From the NCBI GenBank assembly GCA_035221665.1, contig CM069138.1, positions 71,548,001 to 71,612,000 of the forward strand: 64,000 bases of DNA. The letters run 5' to 3'. Under the pieces are notes generated by a model. It had not been told where the DNA came from. It ran no database searches and saw nothing but the letters and a program-made list of their open reading frames with translations. Source of the DNA: Okamejei kenojei. Its lineage: Eukaryota. Shown in pieces: positions 12,964-25,420 of this stretch (its first letter is position 1; the number at the start of each line of letters is the position of its first letter). Made by a program: the position numbers and the translations under genes.

Positions 12964-13933
12964 AGGGCCTGTCCCACGAGCATGTGACAACATGCGGCAA
13001 GCGCGACCTAACGTGGTCGCTTGAGCCGTACGGCCTCGCGGAGCCGGTCCCGCTTCGATCTCCGGAGCCGTATGGAGTTGTGCGGAGCTGGTCCCGACAT
13101 TGCGCGGGGCTCCGAAAAACTGACAATGTTCAAAATTTCCGCGCGGCAACGGCCTGTCGCCCGCTGCCGCCTCGACGCCGTACGCAGCGTCTTGACGCCG
13201 TACGTCACGCACGAACTTCCCGCGGACTTCGTTCAAACTGTGATGTGAAAAAACATGCCTTTGTAAATTATATGCTTTTGGACTGCAAAGATATGAACGT
13301 ATGACAAGTACATAAAAATTGCATTGTCACTGAGCAAGATGCATGCAAGTTATTTCTTTATCCTTGAAAATGAATACTAAAACAGAAATGAAAGCAGAAT
13401 AGGGGAAAAATATTTCAAAATGGTCCAGTTTTTGTTTATGGCTTCAGAAATTACATTGTGCAAACAAAATAGAAAGTGGTACAATACAAGGGGTCACAGC
13501 TTAAGGATAAGGGGGAAATCCTTTAAGACCGAGATGAGAAAGACTTTTTTCACACAGAGAGTGGTGAGTCTCTGGAACTCTCTGCCACAGAGGGTAGTTG
13601 AGGCCAGTTCATTGGCTATATTTAAGAGTGAGTTGGATGTGGCCCTTGTGGCTAAGGGGCTCAGAGGGTATGGAGAGAAGGCAGGTACGGGATACTGAGT
13701 GGATGATCAGCCATGATCATATTGAATGGCGGTGCAGGCTCGAAGGGCTGAATGGCCTACTCCTGCACCTAATTTCTATGTTTCTATTATTGTCGTACGC
13801 AGCGTCTTGACGCTGTACGTCACGCGTGAACCTCCCGCGGACCTCGCTCTAACTTCACGTCACTCACTCGACCTCCGCTTCCGGTTTGCTCGCGCTTGCC
13901 GCATGCAGGTCTCATGCTCGTGGGACAGGCCCT
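12964..13933. mobile_element. Non-autonomous PIF/Harbinger-type MITE, interrupted by a ~550-bp insertion
   Basis: TIRs AGGGCCTGTCCCACGAGCATG / CATGCTCGTGGGACAGGCCCT, TTA TSD at 12961-12963 and 13934-13936, CpG-rich body. Confidence 0.85.
13481..13787 (+). mobile_element. CR1 LINE 3' end nested in the MITE
   Basis: Encodes NTRGHSLRIRGKSFKTEMRKTFFTQRVVSLWNSLPQRVVEA...GYGEKAGTGY*, then 3' UTR ggctcgaagggctgaatggcctactcctgc and tail tttctatgtttctat. Confidence 0.9.
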
Positions 13934-14468
13934 TTAGTACCACTGAAAGCCTCATACGCATAAGTCATTCATAATGGCAGCATTTTAATTAGCACTCAAA
14001 CATATTGCACTCCACGTACTGATACACAACCCTTTCTCTTGCGGGTAAAGATGGCGGACACACAGACACAGCAGACTTTACTAATTTCCCATAGGCATAG
14101 TGATCACCATCATGAGATGTTCATACCTGTGACCACAGGAGGACTGAAGCCATCATTGGTGCTGATGTTCTCAGACCTGTTCTCATTTTCACCATCCAAC
14201 CCCTGCCTCAACATTCCTTTCTGATTTATAAGCTGCAAATGGCGTACGCCTGAATCTCTTACATTCTCTCGCTTCTCACTCCACTACCTTATCCCTGTGC
14301 TTTTTTAAATTTCAGATACCCAAGGTGAGGCCGAGCGTAAAAGTAATAAAACATTTCACACTCACAGCCACCAGCTCTCAAACCATGTACTTTAGAGTTG
14401 GACTTAGCACACGTGGCTTGAAGTCAGGCCTGGAGAGTGGGTAGCACGGGGGAACATAATGCATAGGA

Positions 14469-14645
14469 ATGTAGAAACAAAGACCTGCAGATGATGGTTT
14501 ATACCAAAGATAGACACAAACTGCTGGAGTAACGCAGCATTTCTGGAGGAAATGAGTCGGTAATGTCCCGAACCGAAATGTCACCTATCCGTTTCCTCCG
14601 GAGATGTGCCTGATCAGCTGCGTAACTCCAGCTGTTTGAGTCTAC
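14469..14645. mobile_element. Miniature inverted Penelope-like terminal-repeat insertion
   Basis: A minus-strand terminus (tagacacaaactgctggagtaacgcagc) is followed by a plus-strand copy (ccgaaatgtcacctatcc...gctgcgtaactccagctgtttgagtcta). Near-TSD AATGCATAGGA 14458-14468 / AATGCATTGGA 14646-14656. Confidence 0.75.
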
Positions 14646-15001
14646 AATGCATTGGAGGATAGGACCAGGAGAGGCCTTTTGGACCCTCAAGCCTGCCCTG
14701 CCTTGAATACAGAGAACTCTCATTAGGCATTTGGGAGGCTGACCTGAGATGTGGCATTTAATGTCAATGAGCGTGTAGGAATCCAGTACCAAACAGCACA
14801 AAGATTTGCCCGATGTCTGGATAAATTATCAATGTCTGTGAATAGTAATTAACTCCCCTCAAATATTGGCCATGAATTAACAATGAAATCCACCTTATAC
14901 ATTTTAGTGAATGGTGAGCATGTGCATGCACTATGCCATTTAGTACAAATGTTATGTGCCATTAACATTAAAGTTGCTGTTCCTGGCACCATAATATCCA
15001 T

Positions 15002-15314
15002 GTATAGTGGTGCAGCGGGAGAGCTGCTGCTTCAGAGTGCTGGAAATCCAGATTTGTGTCTGACCTCAGGAGCTGTCTATGTAGGGTTTGCACGTTTTCC
15101 CTGTGGCCGTGTGGGTTTCCTCCGAACGCGCCAGTTTCCTCCCACATCCCAAAGACATGCGGGTTTGTAGGTTAATTGGTGTTTGTAAAGTGCTCCTCGT
15201 GGATAGGGAGTAGATGAGAAAGTGGGATAACATAGAACTAGTGTGTTCAATGGGCATCGTGGACTCAGTGGGCCAAAGGGCTTGTTTCCATGCTGGATCG
15301 TTCAATCAAACAAA
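15002..15314 (+). mobile_element. tRNA-derived SINE
   Basis: gtggtgcagcgggagagctgctgc...cagtttcctcccacatcccaaagac...gtgggccaaagggcttgtttcc, (caat/caaa) tail. Confidence 0.85.
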
Positions 15315-18300
15315 ATTACCTTAGAAGATGTCTACTTCAAGACACTTTTATGTACCGTAATGTGAGCACTTGTTAGTAGTTTAATATTCATAAACAGTGA
15401 TGATCTTTACTGATCAAACCCTACCTTGCCTACACTGTCTGGATGCTGCCATTTCTCCTTGTGCTCTGTCACTTCATTTCAGCAGCTCAGAGGATGCAAT
15501 AGGTCATGCTAGAAGTTAAGAGAACTGGATGTGATGAATTAGCTGTGGGCTGACCCTTGTGCAAAATGGTATAACATCAGGACTCAGGTTAAAGGCTGCA
15601 CACTATATACAGGACTTATACATGCACATTAAGCTGTTTCATCCAGGGTTACAATGAAGTACAGATATAATGTATGTTGTTGCTCTGAGTTGAACAAATC
15701 CAGCTGTAGGTAATGAAGTAACATTACCGTATCAGTCTTTTATGGTCAAATTTAAAGTTTCTATTTGGAATCTTCTCTAGACTACTCACCGACTTTGAAT
15801 CTACGGTTTGCATTTTTTGTTATGAAATAAATATACAATCATTCAAATGTGATCTTGTGCCACTGACTTTAGCAAATGGCCTTCTTCACATTTAAGATGC
15901 TTTACAGATGGGAGTCACAGCAGCCTGCTCAGCCACAACTATCTCTCTAGGTTGATAGATGGGTATAAATCTCAACAATCCTTTCCTGACAACCAATTTA
16001 TAGAATCTGATCTGGTTAAAGACATGACTTTCATACCAAAGCCAGAGGATACTGGCTTCTATTTTTTTTTAATGGTCTTGTTATATTTAATCAAGATCTA
16101 CCTCTTAATGATATAGGTTTTAATTACAATTTTGATTCAGCTCACGGTGACCCCTTGTAAATGTATATATATTTTTTACAGATCGAGGTTCCCTCCCAAC
16201 TATATTCCCCCCCCCCCCCCCCCCCCCGCCCCACCAACCCACGCAACTTCATTAGCAGCTGTGATGGTTCTTAGACTGACTGACATCTTTATTACTGAAT
16301 CCAAGTGTATAAAATCACCTTGTCACAGTGTCATCATAAAAAAAAGCAAAGGTGGTTACTGTGGAGTATCTGAAACGAAAGCTGGGACAATCAGTGTGTA
16401 AAGTCAGTTTCTTAATGGCAGTAAAATCAAATGTGCCAACAACTCCATGACTCCCTGCTGTGTGCTGACAGCATGGTGCAAGACGTTAAGGCTAAACATT
16501 CAGTTAAACAGTGATTGTGATGAAATGCCATTCTGTGCTTAGCAAAAGAACCGAACAGGTGTAGCGTGTGGGCCTTTTTTTTTTTTGTTGAAAACTGCAG
16601 GAGCATCACAGTGAAAACATATTCTGTGCATTTTATTTTCAAGGTAAGTGCAAGTCTAGTGCAAATAAATGTTTGCACCAAGCTGTGCAATAAGTCGTAT
16701 GCACATTTATTAAAATCTGCTGCATGATTGCAGTATATTTTAGGTCCAATTTTTTTTTTTTCTCAAAATTTGTGAATAAGGATTTACTTGAATTGAATGG
16801 GAATGTATTTCTTATGAGTTTTTTTTTCAAACTCTGTTTTCCCAGACAACAATTGATTTCTATGTATCCTAATCAGTGCACAATCTCTGTTTAATGAGGA
16901 TAATAGGACATGGGGCATAATTTCATTTTTATTGGAATATATCCCTTGCATTAAATTTAGTCCTGTAATGAGCATCAATGCTTTGGAAGTAATCTGCGTA
17001 ATAAAATAATGACAGAGAAGGCAACGTTAAAATATCAGCACCAATGTAAAGGAGCACTTTCCTGACTTATTTTGCTGATACAAATATGAATGTTAATGGC
17101 TGTAAGTAAGCTAACTGCCATGACAGGATTTTCTTTAGGCATACCGCTGCTGTACATTGCTCCGACATTTAGCCTTCCTGTAAACGTTATGTCCGCTGTT
17201 CTCAGAATTTAACTATTTATCTCCCTCAGCTTCCTTGTCATCGTAAAATCAGCGGCCTAGATTATTGGCAGCTATTTGCTGTATCTTTCCCACCAACCTT
17301 CTCCTTTCAAATTTCCTCAGATTTGGAAGAAATTCTGGATCTGAGCCTCCAGCCCATTTGTAAAAACTGAAGGTCACAAATTTGGGATCATAGGTAGACA
17401 CCTGGTCCCAATGGAATTATGGTGAGATTGCTAAGCTTTGAGGCTGCAGGTAGATAGAGCAACTTAATTAGTGACCAACCGTAGTGGGAATATTTGAATA
17501 GTTACTTCGTGAACATTGTTCCTTGCTCAAAATAATTTGAAAACCTCGGGTTGGGAGGTGGTTTGATTTATTTCATTTGGGTGCCTCTCTTGTCAGTGCT
17601 GAGATTTTGAAACTGTGACCAATGTGTTTTAATATCAGAAGGTTAGATTTCATACTCTTCAAGTTCTGTAAAAGAAAAATAAGGTAAGATTAACTGAGGC
17701 ATGAAAGATATATAAGGCAATAAATTATTGCATGGGGGAAGTGAAAAACATATTTTCAGTTAGAAACTTTGATTTTTTTATTTCCCTTGCAATAATTTTG
17801 CAGTGTACCCTGCCCAACGTTGTTTAGAAAAAGATATAAAAATGCAGTTGCATTTATAGAAGTTACAACACAACTGATTTATATAATTGAAAATGGCTGC
17901 ATTCTGCAAACTGGCAGGTGTAATAGATAAAGACGTGTGAACTTTATTGTAAGTGATGGGTAACAGGCTGACCATTTGATATCTTTCGATCAACTGAAAG
18001 AAGTTGCATAATTGAGTTACAGCAAAAATGGAGGAGGAGTAACACTTAGTGAAAAGGGAAAAGAGATGCCCGTAAATATATCAGGATTCATAAAATTCAA
18101 GAAGCAATGGAATTGTACAACAGTTACTTAATCAAATTGCCTTGGTTTATATTAGATTTAGTGAGGATATTGACAAGAGTGTTTTAAGCAATGTTTCAAT
18201 TTGCTATTCTTTATAGTCGGCTCAATTAAAGTTTTTCCTGCAGTTCTTCCAGCCCTTTATATAATAACATTATTATTGAAGAAATTGTATCTCTGCATTG

Positions 18301-18807
18301 TTTGACTGTGTGTAATCAAAAGTGAAAATAACACCACAGCCACGATACCAGCCCAGCATTAAAAAGTGTATAAATTATTTATCTTCTCTGGTGTGCTGCA
18401 TGATTTAACACAAATATATAGATTGTTGCAGTTTTATGAGTATTGAGAATAACCTATGCATAAAGCATCATTAAGAATTTACAATAATTTAATTAACGTA
18501 TGAGCAGAAATAAAATTAAACTAAAATAAAAATGCAAGTAAATTGAAATAGGTTGATAATTTTGCTCAAATAATTGCTCTCATTCCGAATAAGTAGAATG
18601 CATATCTTGGCAAACACCAAGGTTGAAGGGACCTTGTCTTTCATGCAAAGTACCTTCAGTGTGCATTTGACCCTTTTTAAATTTATCCTTTTCAGACAAT
18701 GTGTTAGCTCCATTATAACAAATGTAGTTTGCTTTATTGTTGTATTTCAATGGCCACTTTCTTGCCAGGAGAGTAAAAGACTGCTATTGAAAGGATTGTG
18801 CAGCATG

Positions 18808-20409
18808 CAGTGCCCTCCATAATGTTTGGGACAAGGACCCATCATTTATTTATTTGCCAAAGTACTCCACAATTTGAGATTTGTAATAGGAAAAAATCAC
18901 ATGTGGTTAAAGTGCACATTGTCAGATTTTCATAAAGGCCATTTTTATACGTTTTGGTTTCACCATGTGAAATTACAGCTGTGTTTATACATAGTCCCCC
19001 GCATTTCAGGGCACCATAATGTGTGGGGCACATGGCTTCACAGGTGCTTGTCATTGCTCAGGTGTGTTTAATTGCCTCCTTAATGCTGGTATAAGAGAGC
19101 TCTCAGCACCTAGTCTTTCCTCCAGTCTTTCCATCACCTTTGGAAACTTTTATTGCTGTTTATCAACATGAGGACCAAAGTTGTGCCAATGAAAGTCAAA
19201 TAAGCCATTGAGACTGAGAAACAAAAATAAAACTGTTAGAGACGTCAGCCAAACCTAATGGCTTACTAAAATCAACTGTTTGGAACATAATTGAGGAGGA
19301 AGAGAGCACTGCTGAGCTTATTAATTGCAAAGGAAGGCAGGCCAAGGAAGATCTCCATAGCTGATGTCAGAAGAATTCACTCTATAATTAAAAAAAATCC
19401 CCAAATGCCTCTCCGACAGATCAAAAACACTGCGGATTTGTCAATGACCACTGTCCACAGAAGGCTTCATGAACAGAAATACAGAGGCTACACTGCAAAC
19501 CACTGGTTAGCCACAAAAATGGGATGGCCAGGTTACAGTTTACCAAGTACTTAAAAGAGCAACCACAGTTCTGGAAAAAGGTCTTGTGGACAGATGAGAC
19601 GTAGATTAACATATCGGAGTGAGGCCAAGAGGAAAGTATGCAGGAGAGACTGCCCAAGATCTAAAGCATACCACCTCATCTGTGAAACACAGTGATGGGG
19701 GTGTTATGGCCTGGGCATGTATGGCTGCTGGCTCACTTATCTTCATTGATGATACAACTGCTGATGGTAGTAGCATAATTAATTCTGAAGTGTATAGACA
19801 CATCCTATCTGCTCAAGCTCAAACAAATGCCTCAAAACACATTGGCCGGTAGTTCATTCTACAGCAAGACAATGATCCCAAACATACTGCTAAAGCAACA
19901 AAGGAGTTTTTGAAAGGTAATAAATGGTTAATTCTTGAGTGGCCAAGTCAATCACCCGATCTGAACCCAATTGAGCATGCCTTTTATATGCTAAGGAGAA
20001 AACTGAAGGGGACTAGCCCCCAAAACAAACTTAAGCTAAAGATGGCTGCAATACAGGCCTGGCAGAGCATCACCAGAGAAGACACCCAGCAACTGGTGAT
20101 GTCCATGAATCACAGACTTCATGCAGTCATTGCATGCAAAGGATATGCAACAAAATACTAAACATGACTACTTTCGTTAACATGACATTGCTGCGACATT
20201 ATGGTGCCCTGAAATGGGGTGAGTGTATAAACACTGCTGTAATTTCTACATGACAAAACCAAAATATATAAAAATGGTCTTTATTAAAATCTGACAATGT
20301 GCACTTTAACCACGTGTGATTTTTTTTCTATTACAATTCTCAAATTGTGGAGTACAGAGGCAAATAAATAAATGATGGGTTTTTGTCCCAAACATTATGG
20401 CGGGCACTG
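18808..20409 (+). mobile_element. Tc1-family DNA transposon with long (~220 bp) IR/DR-type TIRs, defective
   Basis: Starts CAGTGCCCTCCATAATGTTTGGGACAA and ends TTGTCCCAAACATTATGGCGGGCACTG|TA. The left flank is TG (mutated TA TSD). Inner repeats of the ccataatgt motif lie near 19014 and 20196. Confidence 0.95.
19168..20161 (+). pseudogene. Tc1 DD34E transposase pseudogene
   Basis: Motifs GRPRK, VLWTDET, VKHSDGGVMAWAC, LQQDNDPKH and WPSQSPDLNPIEH, with 34 residues between D and E. In-frame stops (e.g. TAA at 19201) and frameshifts. Confidence 0.93.
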
Positions 20410-20464
20410 TAATGTCAAACTCTGATGAGTAGTCTCAATGTGAAGCTTCCCGTTTTCCTCTTAA

Positions 20465-21166
20465 TGGGCCTGCCCCACTTAGGTGATTTTACAGTGGACT
20501 GCCATGATTTTCAAGTTGCCGGCAGTCGCCTGAAAAACCGGCAACTAGAACGGCGACTGTCAGAGTGGAACACACACAAACACATCGCTTCCTTCACTCC
20601 CCCCGCTTGCCCTGCCTGAAAAATTCACATGGTGCAAACAAGGTGATACAGGAAGGTTGGCATTGTAATTTAGACAGATAAATTAAAAGGGGGGGGGGGA
20701 GGCGGGAGAATGGGGGAGAAGGAGTGGAGACAGCTTTTAATAAGCTAGAGAAACACGGCTGTGAAGCTCGACGGACATTTAATGTATCCTTGGTTTGAAA
20801 ACTACTGCTTACCTTTTTTTCCCCCCAATGACCCAATTAAATTCACCGGTCAGCACCGGCTACAACCTCCAAGAACCATTGACCTCCTGGCAACCCATTA
20901 GGACCCCCTGGCGACCACCTACGGCTTGCGAATTCTCGCTACTCTGCGTCGCGGCTCCATTCTAGTCACCGCTAATTTTTCAACATGTTGAAAAATTCAC
21001 GGCGACCATAATGAGGCCGCGACTAGTTCCCATTCAGTAGTTCGGGGAACTCCTCGCGTGCATGAAGGCGACTCCCCGGCAACCACCCGCGAACATGTGG
21101 TGACCATGTGACGACTGCATAGTCTCCTGCAGTTGCCTAAAAAGACGCCTAAGTGGGACAGGCCCA
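20465..21166. mobile_element. Non-autonomous PIF/Harbinger-type MITE
   Basis: TIRs TGGGCCTGCCCCACTTAGG / CCTAAGTGGGACAGGCCCA, TAA TSD at 20462-20464 and 21167-21169. Same TIR core as the element at 12964. Confidence 0.88.
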
Positions 21167-24100
21167 TAACTCTTCCTGTTATAATATCTGCTGCCTGCCA
21201 TTTATAACTACCAAACCTCCAGCAGATCCCTTCTTTCGCATCTATTTACAGAATATTCGACTTTCTGCCATAAGCTGGAAAAATTCACAACCTTTATGGT
21301 GGTAATTTGAAACTTACACGCAACTAATTAAAATGAAAGCAAAAAAAATCTCTAGAATAGCACACATTCCATATTTTTCCCCAATCTGACTGATTTTCAT
21401 TTGACTGGATTTGGGATTTTAATCCGTACCCGTGGAAATCTCTGGTTTACTTATGAAATGCTATTGTTGCTGACTGAAAAGAAGCCTTCCCTCCTCACTA
21501 CAATGCCTTAATGCAATGATGATATGTTTGCTACGGCAGCTGACAAGCTATTGTATCATTTAGATTCCATAATGACACCTTGTCACGCTGAAATAGTCAT
21601 GTTTTCCAAATCATACATTACAGTGTTGACTCCCAACATACTGAATAATCTCGATGTGCTTTTTTTTTACCCCTTTCCACAATGTATGCGTTTTGTTTCT
21701 ACATTTCCTATTTTGGCACCTTGTGTGGTGAGTACAATTAGTTCAGGCAGAAAGTGAATTACAGCGTGTTCTCCAAAGGAGAAGAGTTAACAACATAACT
21801 GGATTCATTTACTGAAGCACAAAATAATTACAGTGGTACTCTCTAAACCGCTAATCTAAAATTCAGAGGCGCCTGCTTCTTTGGTTTGGACAACTTATTC
21901 AAAGCACGAGAGAAATATGAGAATGAAAAGAAAATTGATTCATAAGGATGGCTTAAAATAATATTCTGTTCCGATAAAATAACTTTACTGTCGGCTGCCA
22001 CAAGTTCAAGATTAAATTCAATACTTTTCAAAACCTAATGTATGTATCAATAACTTGAATATAGTATTTACAAAAATGAGTAGCTAAGGATTTTTTTTTT
22101 AATGGCTGATATTCTGTTGAATTTAATTACTAACCTATATCCAGGACAGACCAGTTAATAAATTACTTGACACTTAAAAAAAGGCACAATGTTATCCTGA
22201 GCTTGTGATTTACAAGCAAGAAATACAGGCATGCTGAATCTTGCCTGAATGTGGAAGGATCGGAAATTGATGCAGCTATTATAATTTCCACAATAGCAAT
22301 TACATTGAATGGTTTGTAAATAGAGTTAAATTCATAACTACAGCAGTAATAGTTAGGCACTGTTTTGGACAAAGGAATTACTGATATGTAAGGTTGGCAA
22401 TATTCAAATTATTTTAACAAAATTCAATAGAATTGTTGTTGAAATAAATGGTCCATCCGGTCTAACAAATATGGTGCCATATTTTGGTGCCTGTATATTC
22501 CTTTGATATGAAGATGGAAGGGGGGAACTGTTATGTTTTCTCATAATGGATGGCTTGCTGCCTTACAAGGTGTCATAGCCGGCAACGTAGGGTTCGATGT
22601 TAGCTTTGGAAATCACTGAAGTGCAATGAGCTGAGTGATGTCATTTTCTCCTCTTCAAAGCCCAACAAAGAAGTGACAAAACTCACTTAGCCGAGGCAGG
22701 AGAATTCAAGTCCAACTGCTGACCGTCTCTTCGTTTGGCAATCTGCAGGTCAAAGGCCAGATGCTGTGAGGCCTCAGCTTGCAGTGTCCTCTGAAAAATA
22801 TGACCGTAATACTCTTAGATATCTGTTCATAATACTCCAGAAGAGATAAGGATCACAGAATGCTGCGGAGGCCATAGAAGGGTCCATTCTAAATGTCTTA
22901 TCAAGCCTGCACTGCAGTAACTATGTTCACAGAATTTTCTGAATGGACAGAAATCTTACTGACAAACCCAGATATTCTCTAGAGGTAGTGGAAGTAACGC
23001 AAAGATTGCCGTGTCTTGCCAATGCATGAATTGACTAAAACCAACACGGGATTTTTAAGTTTGTGTTTTGCCTCATCCCTGTTGCTTTCTTTCACTACAC
23101 ATTGTTTTCAAATACCTGGTGATTTATTTAACTCTTTATGTTGGCAGCATAAGTATATAAGTCAGCTACCTGACATAAGCATACTGGAGACTCCCAGCAA
23201 TTGAAGGAAATAAGTGGTAAAATTAATACTCGTACCTTGCTATTAGCTAAATGAATTCAGTGAACTAATTAGTATAAATAAGGAAACAAACAAATCCTTT
23301 TTGACTGTTAAGTTTCCCGCTTTATACTTTATAGTTGCTTAATTGCATTTGGTCATTCATTTGGCTGCAGCTTTAAAAAAAAATGTCTTCAACGGCTTAT
23401 CGGTTGTCTTCTACTATCTAGCAATGCACTACACATTTCTCTTTGTTATTATAGAAAGGGGTTAAAGTGTCGAGCAGGTAAATGCTCTTTCTGTCCAGCT
23501 CAGTATGGTTTCAGAGAAACATTCTTTTACCAGACTGTATGAGTCAAGGACCCTGCCTGCAACAAATTTTCCTTGCAGCCAGTGCTGTTAATGAGAGCAG
23601 TAATTAATTGATATCTCTCCCATCCCTTGACTACCACTCGGGGCAAAGAGTGGGGATTAAATTTTTCCCAAGTCAACATTAGAGTGAGCAGAATGTGCAT
23701 TGACTTACAACAGCTCTGTGAATTCATCTAATTTAGAGTACTTACTCTTCCACTTATTACATTGTAATTACTGCTCTCCAATACATTATGTTCACAGGCT
23801 TCAGTTGGAAATTATTAGTGCACTCTTCCTCTCTCCCCTTGAAATTCCATGGCACTATTAACGTGGAACTGGAACATCCACAACTATCTATAAATTCAGT
23901 TGTCAGGTGCTAGTTTTTATTCTGATCTGCAGTTGAATTTAAAATTAGAGGCACTAAAATTCACATTAGCCACTCGAGCAATGGAATTCTAAAAACTATA
24001 TTTAACAAAGAAAACCTTTTCTGTCAGAAAAAAAGCTATTTGGGAGGTTATGATCTTATCCTTTCGTGGGTGAAGAATTGACTTATTTCCATTTTGTGCT

Positions 24101-24722
24101 GTCAATGCAAAATTTGATATCACTCTGCACTGAAGCCAAAGATTCAGTTGTGTTTTTCAAATGGGGGTTAATTTGTGTCAATTGAAAAATTATTAAATCA
24201 ATCTTTGGGGAATTTTGCCTTTGTACTTTTTTTGTTACAACTTTTCTATTAGCATTTTGAGACAACCCACATTTAAATCTCAACGTGTTAACTGCAGTCA
24301 TTGCTTTTAAATCTTTCCGTGCTGGTTTTGTCCAGCGTATGAGTATTAAAAAAATCTTGTAAGTCTTTCTGCCATAATCCAGGGACGATTATACGCAGAT
24401 AGCCTATCTTTCTTTGAACTGTTCTCGCAGCGAATGTGAGAAATCATTGCTCGGGTAGAATTTAAGTGGAAGAACTGATCTTGGGAGGGAATAGTTTGTG
24501 TGGATCGTTTCTATTCTTTCTGCCCCTCCTCCACACAACCCCCTCCCCTGCTTTATGTTTTGTTTACCACCTGTCTCAGTTTTGATAAACCTCTGTCGTG
24601 CCCTTATGCTGATTATGTTCGTGTAGAACAACTTGTATTGACTAACGAATGAATGATGCCTGGTCCCTTGCCTCTCAGGAAGGCCCTAAAGAATGTTGTT
24701 TTTAATTCAATGCTTTCCACAG

Positions 24723-25135
24723 GCTTCTCTGCAGAATGTCAGCAAAGGATCGACACATTGATTCGAGCTGCTCATCATACATTAAGACAGAGCCGTCCAG
24801 CCCTGCCTCACTGACAGACAGTATCAATCACCACAGTCCAGGTGGCTCATCGGACGCCAGTGGGAGCTACAGCTCCACTATGAATGGACACCAGAATGGC
24901 CTGGACTCACCCCCGCTCTACACCACCACCACCCTGGGTACCAACGGCAGCTCCCGTAAACGATACGATGACTGTTCAAGCACTATAGCCGAAGACTCGC
25001 AGACCAAGTGCGAGTACATGTTGAACTCCATGCCTAAAAGATTATGTTTGGTCTGCGGAGACATAGCATCAGGATATCACTATGGTGTGGCTTCATGTGA
25101 GGCATGCAAAGCGTTCTTCAAGCGCACTATTCAAG
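24723..25135 (+). CDS. ESRRG: ESRRG exon: A/B domain and first zinc finger; contains the short-isoform ATG at 24736
   Basis: Acceptor ttccacag|G and donor CAAG|gtaat. Encodes [27 protein letters not shown]...[31 protein letters not shown], with the ERR-type P-box CEACKA. Confidence 0.98.
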
Positions 25136-25236
25136 GTAATGCCACCTTCATATTCTATGTATTAAAGGCAAAACTGAAAGCCACGTAAAACATAAAACCA
25201 AGAGAGTTTTAGCACAACTTTGTTCAGTCAGCTTCT

Positions 25237-25420
25237 ATTAGTTTAGTTTAGAGATACAGTGTGGAAATAGGCCCTTTGGCCCATTAAGTCCATGCCGACC
25301 ATCACACACTAGCTCATGTTATCCCACTTTTGCATCTTACACACGTGGGAAATTTTCAGAGATCAATTAATGTACAACCCGCAGGTCTCTGTCGCGTTGA
25401 AGCAGCAGCGCTACTGCCAT
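25237..25420 (-). mobile_element. tRNA-SINE, internally deleted, ~100 bp downstream of the exon donor
   Basis: (agttt)n tail, then agatacagtgtggaaataggccctttggccc...atgttatcccacttt, the reverse complement of the 3' part of 15002-15314. Confidence 0.75.

Noticed and set aside
12961-13304. CpG island or overlapping GC-rich ORFs as a gene or promoter
   Set aside because: It lies within the TIR-bounded Harbinger MITE; the ORFs are a by-product of high GC.
16207-16230. Poly-C tracts (also ~4462, ~32105, ~32718) as polyproline coding or functional G4 sites
   Set aside because: These are simple homopolymers in introns and their lengths are unreliable in assemblies.
25136-25188. ORF extension [17 protein letters not shown] as coding sequence
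   Set aside because: It is read-through past the GT donor at 25136; the true continuation is exon 28027. The same applies to the intronic ends of ORFs 57577-57780 and 60087-60314.
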